41,977 nucleotides of DNA. Origin: an uncultured Candidatus Saccharibacteria bacterium. Lineage in GTDB: Bacteria; Patescibacteriota; UBA1384; UBA12157; JAENIV01. How positions within the stretch are numbered: position 1 is the stretch's first letter; each line of letters opens with the position of its first letter. The stretch spans positions 1 to 41,977 of the forward strand of contig CAYZMA010000003.1 in NCBI GenBank assembly GCA_964479405.1, in the 5' to 3' direction. Positions 9,222-17,377 of this stretch are shown here, one piece after another. A program made the translations under genes and the position numbers. The notes under the pieces were generated by a model. That model saw nothing but the letters and a program-made list of their open reading frames with translations. It did not search any database and was not told the DNA's origin.

Positions 9222-10496
9222 TTAAAACCTTTCTAATATTTTTTCAAATTCATTTGTATTTTTAAAGGGACTAATCATAGCTAAATTTAAATTTTTTGGA
9301 ACAAAATACTCCTTTGCGAATTTTTTAATATCGGAAGCGGTTACCTTTTCGTATTTTGAAATTATTTCTTCTGGATGTTCAATTTTACCCCAAAAAAGTT
9401 GCTGTTCGGCTAAAAATTCAGCCACCGCAAAAGATTCTTCCAAACCCAAATACATCCGTCCTTTTAAATTTTCTTTAGCTCTTTTTAATTCTTCAGCTGA
9501 TATATCTTTAGTTTTTAATTTATTAAACTCCTCAAGAATCACTTTGACAGCTTCTTTGGCTCTTAAAATATCCACCCCGGCTGAAGCGCCAAAAATACCA
9601 GTATCCTGAAAATCAGCCATCTCGGATGAAACATAATAAGCCAAGCCCCGCTTTTCACGCACTTCGGTAAAAAGTCGTGAAGACATTGTCTCGCCAAAAA
9701 GATTATTTAAAACTTTTAAAACAGGACGACGTTTGTCGGAGCGCGCAGGGGTGCGAAAACCTAAAATTAAATGAGCTTGATCGGTTTTCTTAAAGTGCAT
9801 TTTCAGTCCGGGCTTTGTTTGATTTTCTTTAATTTTTAAATACTCTTCTTTTCTTTTTGCCTCAACTTTTGCGAAAAACTCCTGAATTTTTTCTTGCCAA
9901 GAAACATTATTTTTGCCACCGGCAACAGCCACAATCATATTTTCCGGAGTATAAAATTTATCACGATAACTTACAAAATCTTCTCTTGAAAATTTTTGGA
10001 CCGTTTCTTTCAGACCGGTTGTTTGCCAACCCAAAGGTTGATCACCATAAAAAAGTTGTTTTGCCACTTCCGAAATATAACTTTGAGGCAAATCTTGATA
10101 CATATTAATTTCTTCCACAATCACACCTTTTTCCCGCTCAATTTCTTCGGACAAAAAAGCAGAATTATAAAGCATATCAAATAAAATATCCAAAGCCAGT
10201 TCAAAATGCTCGGACGCCGCTCGTACAAAAAAACCAGTGTGTTCTTCGGAAGTAAAAGCATTGTAACTAGCGCCAACGGCATCAAGGGCTTTAGCAATAT
10301 CTAAAGTTTTCGGCCGTTTCTTGGTTCCTTTAAAAAACAGATGTTCTAAAAAATGAGAAATACCATTTAAATTTTTATTTTCGTATCTTGAACCCACACC
10401 AATTAAAAAGAGAACTGTCACCGCTTTAGTATTTTCCAAAGGAGCGGTAATCAACTTTAAACCGTTCGGCAAAGTGGTTAATTTATAATTTAGCAT
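9222..10496 (-). CDS. M16 family (insulinase/pitrilysin) zinc peptidase
   Basis: HFLEH inverted zinc motif, NAFTS, SSRLF.EVREKRGLAY. Confidence 0.95.
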   Translation of the reverse strand: MLNYKLTTLPNGLKLITAPLENTKAVTVLFLIGVGSRYENKNLNGISHFLEHLFFKGTKKRPKTLDIAKALDAVGASYNAFTSEEHTGFFVRAASEHFELALDILFDMLYNSAFLSEEIEREKGVIVEEINMYQDLPQSYISEVAKQLFYGDQPLGWQTTGLKETVQKFSREDFVSYRDKFYTPENMIVAVAGGKNNVSWQEKIQEFFAKVEAKRKEEYLKIKENQTKPGLKMHFKKTDQAHLILGFRTPARSDKRRPVLKVLNNLFGETMSSRLFTEVREKRGLAYYVSSEMADFQDTGIFGASAGVDILRAKEAVKVILEEFNKLKTKDISAEELKRAKENLKGRMYLGLEESFAVAEFLAEQQLFWGKIEHPEEIISKYEKVTASDIKKFAKEYFVPKNLNLAMISPFKNTNEFEKILERF

Positions 10497-10633
10497 AAAT
10501 TTCCGCGAATTAATTTATTAATTCTATGATTTAACATATTTAAAATATATCTTAAAATAAATCAAAAATCAAATCTTTAATACTACTAACCATTTTAACG
10601 ACGACCGCATTCAAAATGATTAGTGACAAGAAT

Positions 10634-10662
10634 TTGACAAATAATTTAAGTAATTATATGAT
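10634..10662 (+). promoter_or_regulatory. sigma70-type promoter
   Basis: TTGACA-N17-TATGAT upstream of the 10807 ORF. Confidence 0.65.
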
Positions 10663-10699
10663 TAAAATGACCATTAAATTGGCTTAAAAAAGTAAAATA

Positions 10700-10783
10700 T
10701 TCCGACAAATCTTATACACGAATTAGCACGAATTGGTATTTACTATTTATTAGTGTTGATTTGTGAAAGTAGATTCGTCGGAA
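10700..10783. repeat. Long imperfect inverted repeat in 5' UTR
   Basis: TTCCGACAAATCT ... AGATTCGTCGGAA enclosing a tandem CACGAATT and its degenerate complement. Confidence 0.65.
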
Positions 10784-10806
10784 GTTATTTCATTTGAAAG
10801 GATATT

Positions 10807-11508
10807 ATGGAAAATCCACTTAAAGTTTCACTGGAAAACATTATTCCGCTGACGGAAGCGCGCGATCATTTTTCTCAAATTGTCAACGAGGTTCAAAAAG
10901 ACAAACTCTATGTTCTCACCAAAGGTGGCAAACCAGCCGTCGCGATTATTGATGTTAAGTATTTAGAACACATTACCGGCGGTGAAGCCAAAGTTGAAAA
11001 TATTAAAGAAGAAATTAAAAAAGCGCCTGAAAAAGTTGGCTTACCGCCAATGATTGAACACGCAAAAACTCCACCAAATCCAATTCCCCCGACTCCATCC
11101 ACTCCGCCACCTTTTGTGCCAAAACCGGCCGGTTTTGCGGCACCCCAGCCTAAACCAGAACCTCCTAAACCTCCAATTCAAAATCCTAATCCTGTAACTT
11201 TTACTCCTACAACCCCAAAACCAACTCCACCGCCTCCATCAAGTAATCCAGTGCCACCCGTTTCGCCGTCTGTTTCGCCAAATCAAGGCGAGCTCAAAAC
11301 TCCGTCGCCAACGCCACCACCCCCAAATAATCCCACACCTTTAAAAACTCCTGACACTGCCGGCGAGAAAATTGATGTTCAGTTTTCCCAAGAACCAGTA
11401 GAAGAAAAAATTAAAAGTGCTAATAGCTTTCAAGCCCCAGATGACAAAACTCCTCCCGGCCAATATGGCGGCAAACAAGACGAACCAGAAGATATGTCCA
11501 TTGACTAG
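10807..11508 (+). CDS. Phd/YefM antitoxin-like N-terminal domain with long Pro-rich tail
   Basis: IIPLTEARDHFSQIVNEV..YVLTKGGKPAVAII matches the Phd/YefM pattern, followed by about 100 aa Pro/Thr-rich sequence. Confidence 0.75.
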   Translation: MENPLKVSLENIIPLTEARDHFSQIVNEVQKDKLYVLTKGGKPAVAIIDVKYLEHITGGEAKVENIKEEIKKAPEKVGLPPMIEHAKTPPNPIPPTPSTPPPFVPKPAGFAAPQPKPEPPKPPIQNPNPVTFTPTTPKPTPPPPSSNPVPPVSPSVSPNQGELKTPSPTPPPPNNPTPLKTPDTAGEKIDVQFSQEPVEEKIKSANSFQAPDDKTPPGQYGGKQDEPEDMSID

Positions 11509-12125
11509 TGCTTTTGATTTTGTTTCAGGTGTCTTCTGATCCACCAAACAATTCCAATTATTATTAGTCCTAAAATAAGCCAATCAAGTCCGTGAAAATA
11601 GCGACGAAGACTTTCCCAGTTTTCGCCTAATTTCTGACCCAAAAAAGCTAAAGCCAGCGACCATGGTAGCGATCCTAGAAAAGAATAAATAACAAATCGC
11701 CAAAAATTCATTCTGGCAATTCCCGCCGGAAAAGAAATAAATGTTCTAATAACCGGTAGTAACCGGCCAACAAAAACAGTCATTTCGCCGTGTTTTTTAA
11801 ACCACCTGTCGGCTAAGTCTAAATCGTGGTGGGAAATAAAAATATATTTGCCGTAATTTTCAATCAAAGGTCGTCCTCCCCACGCTCCTAACCAATAAGA
11901 AGCAATAGAGCCAATCACACATCCAACCGCGCCGGCTAGCCCAACTAACCAAAGATTGAGTTCGCCTTTGGCTACCAAAAAACCCGAAAAAGGCATAATT
12001 ATTTCTGACGGCAGTGGAATATTAGCCGATTCAATCGCCATTAAAAGAACTACCCCGCCATAACCAAGGGCGCTAATTACTCCCATAATCCAAGAGGCAA
12101 CTGCAGATAAAATTTGTGTCGCCAT
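11505..12125 (-). CDS. DedA family membrane protein
   Basis: ESANIPLPSEIIMPFSG, GRLLPVIRTFISFPAG; start moved to ATG 12125 behind AGAAAGGA. Confidence 0.93.
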   Translation of the reverse strand: MATQILSAVASWIMGVISALGYGGVVLLMAIESANIPLPSEIIMPFSGFLVAKGELNLWLVGLAGAVGCVIGSIASYWLGAWGGRPLIENYGKYIFISHHDLDLADRWFKKHGEMTVFVGRLLPVIRTFISFPAGIARMNFWRFVIYSFLGSLPWSLALAFLGQKLGENWESLRRYFHGLDWLILGLIIIGIVWWIRRHLKQNQKH

Positions 12126-12136
12126 AATTTTCCTTT

Positions 12137-12709
12137 CTATAGGTAGCCGAAAAACCAAAAAGTAGCCGCGGTTAAGACGAATGCAATTAAAGAGCCAGCC
12201 ACCGCTTGCCAAATGGTATGCCGTTTTCTATGAATTCTTGACCATGCCAAAGGGATTAAAAATAAATACAGCCACCATAAGTGAATACCAAAAAGAATAA
12301 CTGAAGTTGTCACAATCGCCGAATAAAGAGCGGTATGAATGCTTACCTTCCAAACTTGAGTAAGTAGTGCCACGGCAATAACATTTACCGCGTAAGCTAC
12401 TCCAATCACAGTCACTGGTTTAGCTGCTCCCAAAATAAAAAGTAAAAAAGCCCCAATAACCGACGAAACACCAGCTAAAAGAAAAGGAATCTTGCGATCA
12501 TTTTTGTCGGAAATATGAATATCGCGAATTTGCCTTGATTCCAGTAGCCACAAAACATAAAAACCGGGAATAATAATCGCAAAAAGTAAAAAAGTGACCA
12601 TCCAAGGCAAAAATTGACTTAAATTACGCGAATAGTGATAGCTAATTAAGATAATAAAAACTAAAGCCGTCACATAGGGACTAAAAAGAGCAGAGATCAT
12701 AAAAGCCAC
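12137..12709 (-). CDS. PAP2-superfamily-like membrane protein
   Basis: WKVSIH and WSRIHRKRHT motifs, multi-TM; the true start may be ATT at 12742. Confidence 0.7.
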   Translation of the reverse strand: MAFMISALFSPYVTALVFIILISYHYSRNLSQFLPWMVTFLLFAIIIPGFYVLWLLESRQIRDIHISDKNDRKIPFLLAGVSSVIGAFLLFILGAAKPVTVIGVAYAVNVIAVALLTQVWKVSIHTALYSAIVTTSVILFGIHLWWLYLFLIPLAWSRIHRKRHTIWQAVAGSLIAFVLTAATFWFFGYL

Positions 12710-12754
12710 GCAATCAATAAATTTATAAACATTTTTGTTAATAAGACCGCCTTT

Positions 12755-13327
12755 TTAGGCTAAATGGACAACTTTTAAAATTCTTATAATAAAACTGTAA
12801 ATAATATTTAACGGCTTGTCAAAAAGGTCAATTAAGTAAGCCGAAATAAGACCAATTACAAATCCGCCCAAAATATCGGTTGGAAAATGAATTGCCGTTG
12901 CCACTCTAAAGAAGGAGATGATGATAGCCATGACAAACATTACCCAAGCTAGTTTTTTATACCCGGAAAACCAAAAAGAAAAAGCAACCGCAAAAAGAGC
13001 GCTGGCGTGATCGGAAGGAAAAGAAAAATCGGGACGATGAAAAACTAACTCTTGAACCCCCGTCATTTCAAATGGACGAGGTCGATTAATTAGATTCCCA
13101 ATTATATAGGCTAAAATCGGCCAAGCTAAAATAACTGAAAATAAGGCTCGTAGCGTCACTTTTTTTGAATCCCGGGACCAAAACCATAGAATAAGCAATA
13201 TTACCGGCAAAAAATACATTAAATACTCGGCAAAAAATTTATCCACAACCAAGCTACTATGCTTGGTAAAAAAAGAGTTTAAACTTAAAACAATATTTTG
13301 ATCAAAATTATTTATTTGATGAATCAT
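12755..13327 (-). CDS. PAP2 family phosphatase (BcrC-like undecaprenyl-PP phosphatase)
   Basis: RPRPF, SFPSDHA, RVATAIHFPTDI motifs. Confidence 0.9.
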   Translation of the reverse strand: MIHQINNFDQNIVLSLNSFFTKHSSLVVDKFFAEYLMYFLPVILLILWFWSRDSKKVTLRALFSVILAWPILAYIIGNLINRPRPFEMTGVQELVFHRPDFSFPSDHASALFAVAFSFWFSGYKKLAWVMFVMAIIISFFRVATAIHFPTDILGGFVIGLISAYLIDLFDKPLNIIYSFIIRILKVVHLA

Positions 13328-13374
13328 TTTTACACCTCATTGTTCTCTTTTAACCTTATCAGAAATATTTCTTT

Positions 13375-13403
13375 TTGACAATAAAGAATATGCGTCGTAA
13401 AAT
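13375..13403 (+). promoter_or_regulatory. sigma70-type promoter
   Basis: TTGACA-N17-TAAAAT; AGGAGG RBS before the TTG start. Confidence 0.7.
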
Positions 13404-13423
13404 TAAAATATAAGGAGGTATTT

Positions 13424-14392
13424 TTGACTATAAATTCTCTTATCACTGATTTTTTAGAATATATGGAGATTGAAAAAGGTCGCGCCATTGCGAGCACTAA
13501 AAATTACGACCATTACTTACGGACATTTAGCTCATTTGCAGAGAAAAACAACATTGATAACCCTGAAAAAATTGACCAGACATTAGTTAAAGATTATCGT
13601 TTGGCTCTTAATCGTGGCAAAATTAATTCAAATGCAATTTCCAAGTCAACTCAAAATTATTACTTAATCGCCCTACGATCTTTTTTGAAATTTCTAAGAA
13701 AAAAAGATATTTCAACCCTTTCACCAGAAAAAATTGAATTGGCAAAAGTTTCCGAACGGCAGATTACTTTTTTAGATGCCGATGAGCTTGACGAAATTCT
13801 AAAAACCCCTGACCTAAATACTGTTCATGGATTGCGAGATAAAGCTATTTTGGATTTACTTTTTTCTACCGGACTTCGCGTCTCGGAACTCTGTCGCTTA
13901 AAAATAAAAGATATTAATCTTGAAAAAAATGAGTTTTCTGTTCTAGGAAAAGGCGGTAAAGTCAGGGTGGTTTTTCTTGACCAAACTGCCAGAGAATCAC
14001 TTCAAAAATACTTAAATTCACGCCCCGATAAATCGGAATTTTTATTTATAGGTTATGGACACACGTTAGATAAATCCGAAATCCGAAATCCGAAATCCGA
14101 AATTCAAGGTATAACTCCAAGGTCGGTTCAACGAATGATTGAAAAATATGCTAAAAAAGCCGGTATTACCAAGAAAGTGACGCCCCATGTTCTTCGTCAC
14201 AGCTTTGCCACTGATTTACTTATGAACGGCGCCGATTTACGCTCGGTCCAAACCTTGCTTGGTCATTCGTCAATTACCACCACTCAAATTTATACTCATA
14301 TTACCGATAAACACTTAAATGAAGTTCATCAAGCTTTTCATGGTTTAAGACAAAAAAACCAAAAAGAAGATAATTTAAAAACCGCCGAGTAA
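13424..14392 (+). CDS. XerC/XerD-family tyrosine recombinase
   Basis: TGLRVSEL (R), GKGGK (K), HVLRHSFAT (HxxR), LLGH, TTQIY (Y) plus N-terminal SAM-like domain. Confidence 0.93.
   Translation: MTINSLITDFLEYMEIEKGRAIASTKNYDHYLRTFSSFAEKNNIDNPEKIDQTLVKDYRLALNRGKINSNAISKSTQNYYLIALRSFLKFLRKKDISTLSPEKIELAKVSERQITFLDADELDEILKTPDLNTVHGLRDKAILDLLFSTGLRVSELCRLKIKDINLEKNEFSVLGKGGKVRVVFLDQTARESLQKYLNSRPDKSEFLFIGYGHTLDKSEIRNPKSEIQGITPRSVQRMIEKYAKKAGITKKVTPHVLRHSFATDLLMNGADLRSVQTLLGHSSITTTQIYTHITDKHLNEVHQAFHGLRQKNQKEDNLKTAE
14072..14106 (+). repeat. Heptamer tandem repeat (AAATCCG)x4 plus a degenerate unit inside the recombinase CDS
   Basis: Read directly; encodes KSEIRNPKSEIQ. Confidence 0.9.
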
Positions 14393-14405
14393 AACCCGGC
14401 GGTTG
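14380..14405. terminator. Hairpin between convergent genes
   Basis: AACCGCCGAG-TAAAA-CCCGGCGGTT overlapping the recombinase stop. Confidence 0.5.
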
Positions 14406-14409
14406 AGAA

Positions 14410-14901
14410 CTAACGCCCGATAGCAATTTGAAAAACCATTCTACCACGATAATAGCAAAGACTACAACTAGCATGAATGCCATCTTTATTGTCAATATCT
14501 TTCATCAGTGCCTCAATGACTGCAAGTCCTCGACCATTATTGGCAAAACAATCATCGGGAAGTGAAATTTGACCTTGATAGCACCTATCACTTGGATTAG
14601 CAATCCTCAACTGTATATTAGATAAGGATTTTTCCCAAGTAATATCAACTGAATGTTGGTCAGATAAGCATTTACAAGCATTAGTTAAGGCCTCACCAAG
14701 AACGATTGCAAGAAAACTTTGCTGGTCTGGCTCAAGAAAGTCAACTGATTCAAAAGCGGCGCCAACTTCGTGCCTTAGATGATGAGCAATTTCACTCTTG
14801 TCATCATCTGCTATCCACCGTTTTATCTGCCCACGTTCATTAATGCCTTCTTCTTTAAACTTATACGAACTTCCAATGTCAAGAATATTCTGAACAGACA
14901 T
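14410..14901 (-). CDS. HATPase_c (RsbW/anti-sigma kinase-like) domain protein
   Basis: VLGEALTNAC (N box) and NGRGLAVIEAL (G2 box); AAGGAGG RBS. Confidence 0.7.
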   Translation of the reverse strand: MSVQNILDIGSSYKFKEEGINERGQIKRWIADDDKSEIAHHLRHEVGAAFESVDFLEPDQQSFLAIVLGEALTNACKCLSDQHSVDITWEKSLSNIQLRIANPSDRCYQGQISLPDDCFANNGRGLAVIEALMKDIDNKDGIHASCSLCYYRGRMVFQIAIGR

Positions 14902-15137
14902 TTTTCCATCCTCCTTGATTTCAACATTCCAACATTAGAACCACTTTAATTATATCATTTATATTATCCCAACGCTTCACAAATGCAAGCGTTAAGATGT
15001 TCTGTAATATTTAATTTTTAAAGAACTTTCCTTATAGATCACAGGCTAATTTTACTACAAACCGCTCAAAAAGTCAATGAAGTTATTGAACAAGTTGCCA
15101 AAAAATATTATAATCAACAACAGAACTAAAAAAAGGG

Positions 15138-15593
15138 GTGATATTCTTGCGTAGCACAACATTGACAATAAAAGATCGGGTCAGAATTATTGAAGAAGCT
15201 TATAAATTTCTAGGAACACCTTATTGCCTCAAAGGCGATGGTAAAAACTATCAAAATTGCAGTCAATTTGTTGTCACTGTTATCAAAAATGCCTTAAATA
15301 TAGACTTGCCGGCAAAAGTTGATTGGCTTTATATTGTTTCATTAATAATCAAACCTGAAAATCTTCAAATGGGCGATTTGGTTTTCTTTTGTCGCCAACC
15401 AAGACCAATAGGCAAAATCGCTACTCATGTCGCAATATTTGTCGGTGATAATCAAGTCATCCACGCCCGCCAACGGGCAGGTAAAGTTGTAATAGAACCG
15501 ATAGCAGATTTTTCAGAAACAATTATTACATCCAAAGATTCTGCCGAGTTACACCAGTGGCTAGAAGAAACTATATCCTTAACAAGGTCATGA
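15138..15593 (+). CDS. NlpC/P60 (C40) cysteine peptidase
   Basis: LGTPY, NCSQFV (catalytic Cys), GDLVFF, HVAIFVG, IHA; no signal peptide evident. Confidence 0.88.
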   Translation: MIFLRSTTLTIKDRVRIIEEAYKFLGTPYCLKGDGKNYQNCSQFVVTVIKNALNIDLPAKVDWLYIVSLIIKPENLQMGDLVFFCRQPRPIGKIATHVAIFVGDNQVIHARQRAGKVVIEPIADFSETIITSKDSAELHQWLEETISLTRS

Positions 15594-15622
15594 GCTTTCG
15601 TGGCCTTTTTAAAATATATACT

Positions 15623-15659
15623 TCTAAACCTGTTGTCCACCTACGAGGTGGACATTGGG
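15623..15659. repeat. REP-like hairpin repeat, copy 2
   Basis: TCTAAACCTGTTGTCCACCT-ACG-AGGTGGACATTGGG; matches 6534-6570. Confidence 0.85.
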
Positions 15660-15670
15660 ATAGGCTTTGT

Positions 15671-15701
15671 CTGGTCAAATGAAATAATTTAAGATATAGT
15701 T
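15671..15701 (+). promoter_or_regulatory. Promoter-like element duplicated at 16586-16616
   Basis: CTGGTCAAATGAAATAATTTAAGATATAGTT (TGGTCA-N17-TATAGT) vs CTGGTCAAACGGAATTATTTAAGGTATAATT. Confidence 0.6.
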
Positions 15702-15768
15702 AAATTTGTTAAAATAAATTTAACGCGGAAATTTGTAAAATCACAATTTTACAAATTATAATCTAAAT

Positions 15769-15795
15769 ATGAGTTTATCTATCGGGATAGTCGGA
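15769..15795 (+). pseudogene. ychF: Stranded 5' fragment of ychF (first 9 codons)
   Basis: ATG AGT TTA TCT ATC GGG ATA GTC GGA = MSLSIGIVG, the same peptide as 17378-17404; then unrelated sequence to a stop at 15834. Confidence 0.85.
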
Positions 15796-16058
15796 ACTCA
15801 ATACGATATGGGGTTCCTTTTGAACTCCGTATAAAGATACCACCGATGCAGAAAGCACGGCGAATTACCGAACGAGATCTCCAAGGAAAAATAGTAAGGG
15901 CTAAAGTATGATGCAATTCGTTGGTACAAACCAAGGAATCCAAATCCACTCTTTTTTATTGCCCATGGGAGCTCTGAATGTGAAATGAGCTAAATCGTAT
16001 ACAGTTATTGCTGGGAAAATATAAACAGATAACTTACTGCACAGTAATTTATTTATGA

Positions 16059-16496
16059 CTATTTCTTTATTCTTTTTCTGATATAAATTAATAAGAAAGT
16101 AAAAATTAACCCAATTACTCCTATCATAATCCCTGTAGGAAGTGTTTCGTTATCATGCGTAGATAAACTAACGATGGTCATTATTATTCCTATAATCACT
16201 GAGATAGCTGTCATAACGATTAGAATATTCACCCAGATTATATCACTCGATTTCGCGATAACATTGTTTGACGTAGGATTTTTGAAATCAAGAGAAGGTT
16301 CGGTCGAAGATATTGATGGCTGTGGCTGATTTGAAGATTTTTTATCAAATGTTTTTTTAGCCTCAATATAATAAAATGCTATTCCAAGAAAGAAAAAAGC
16401 CCCTATTTGTAAAATTCCATCCTGTTTAATTATCGGAATTAATAAAAGAGCACCCCAAATTAGAAATGTTAAAATCCATGCAATTGTTTTTTTCAT
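16059..16496 (-). CDS. Hypothetical membrane protein (about 4 TM)
   Basis: Two pairs of hydrophobic helices around a polar linker; GGAGG RBS. Confidence 0.7.
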   Translation of the reverse strand: MKKTIAWILTFLIWGALLLIPIIKQDGILQIGAFFFLGIAFYYIEAKKTFDKKSSNQPQPSISSTEPSLDFKNPTSNNVIAKSSDIIWVNILIVMTAISVIIGIIMTIVSLSTHDNETLPTGIMIGVIGLIFTFLLIYIRKRIKK

Positions 16497-16586
16497 AGAG
16501 TCATTCCTCCTCTTTAAGTTATTAATATTATTTTCTCTTATTTATTATTTATAACATAATATACCACCCCCGGGGTGGGTTCTGGC

Positions 16587-16615
16587 TGGTCAAACGGAAT
16601 TATTTAAGGTATAAT
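16587..16615 (+). promoter_or_regulatory. Promoter of DUF3800 gene, probably leaderless
   Basis: TGGTCA-N17-TATAAT, ATG 6 nt later, no SD. Confidence 0.65.
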
Positions 16616-16621
16616 TGTCTT

Positions 16622-17260
16622 ATGAGCTACATTTTTCTAGATGAGAGTGGTGATTTAGGTTTTAATTTTACTAAAAAAAAGACCTCAAAATTTTTTATTA
16701 TTACAATTTTATTCGCTAAAGATAAACGTCCTATTGAAAAGGTTGTTAAAAAAATTCATTCAGCGTTAAAAAAGAAACACAAACAAAAAAGCGGAGTGCT
16801 TCACTCTTATCACGAAAAACCAATCACACGAAAACGATTATTGCGCCTATTAGTTAACAAGGAAATTAAAATTTTAACAATATATTTAAATAAACAAAAA
16901 GTTTATACAAAACTCCAAAATCAAAAAGAAGTTTTATACAATTATGTAACCAATATTTTGCTGGATAGAATTTGTTCTAAAAAACTTATCCCATTAGATA
17001 AAAAAATAATACTAGTAGCGTCACAAAAAGAGACCAATAAATTTTTAAATTTAAATTTTAAAAGCTATTTAAAAGAACAGGTGAAGATAAATCACAGACT
17101 AGACATTGATATTGAGATCAAAACTCCTCACGAAGAAAAATCATTGCAGGCGGTTGATTTTGCCAGTTGGTCAATTTTTAGAAAATATGAGTATAATGAC
17201 AACGTTTATTATAATATTTTTAAAAAATTAATTTTTGAAGAAAATGCTTTGTTCAATTAA
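16622..17260 (+). CDS. DUF3800 domain protein (predicted RNase H-like fold)
   Basis: N-terminal YIFLDESGDLG and C-terminal LQAVDFASW are the DUF3800 signature motifs. Confidence 0.85.
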   Translation: MSYIFLDESGDLGFNFTKKKTSKFFIITILFAKDKRPIEKVVKKIHSALKKKHKQKSGVLHSYHEKPITRKRLLRLLVNKEIKILTIYLNKQKVYTKLQNQKEVLYNYVTNILLDRICSKKLIPLDKKIILVASQKETNKFLNLNFKSYLKEQVKINHRLDIDIEIKTPHEEKSLQAVDFASWSIFRKYEYNDNVYYNIFKKLIFEENALFN

Positions 17261-17324
17261 CAAAACCTTGTACGCTATTTACGAGCAACCATTCCGGAAG
17301 CCCACGCACAAGGATTTACTTGTC
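17261..17324 (-). ncRNA. Candidate structured small RNA convergent on the DUF3800 gene
   Basis: Stem CCUUGUGCG/CGUACAAGG plus UUUU and inner stem UGGGC/GCUCG; G-U pairs form only on the minus strand; consensus promoter directly upstream. Confidence 0.65.
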
Positions 17325-17330
17325 AACTAT

Positions 17331-17358
17331 ATTATATGTGATCATGTGTATTTGTCAA
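17331..17358 (-). promoter_or_regulatory. Consensus sigma70 promoter for the candidate sRNA
   Basis: TTGACA-N16-TATAAT on the minus strand, with no ORF downstream. Confidence 0.7.
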
Positions 17359-17377
17359 TAGTTATAGGAGTTAAAAT

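Noticed and set aside
8628-13327. Stop-codon reassignment suggested by two in-frame TAA junctions
   Set aside because: TAA, TAG and TGA all terminate intact genes here, and long genes are uninterrupted in code 11
15796-16058. Possible decayed ORF or RNA at the cassette's left end
   Set aside because: Only short open frames with no recognisable motif or convincing structure
16552-16564. TAACATAATATAC matches part of the E. coli dif site
   Set aside because: Second arm absent; AT-rich and more simply part of the divergent gene's promoter
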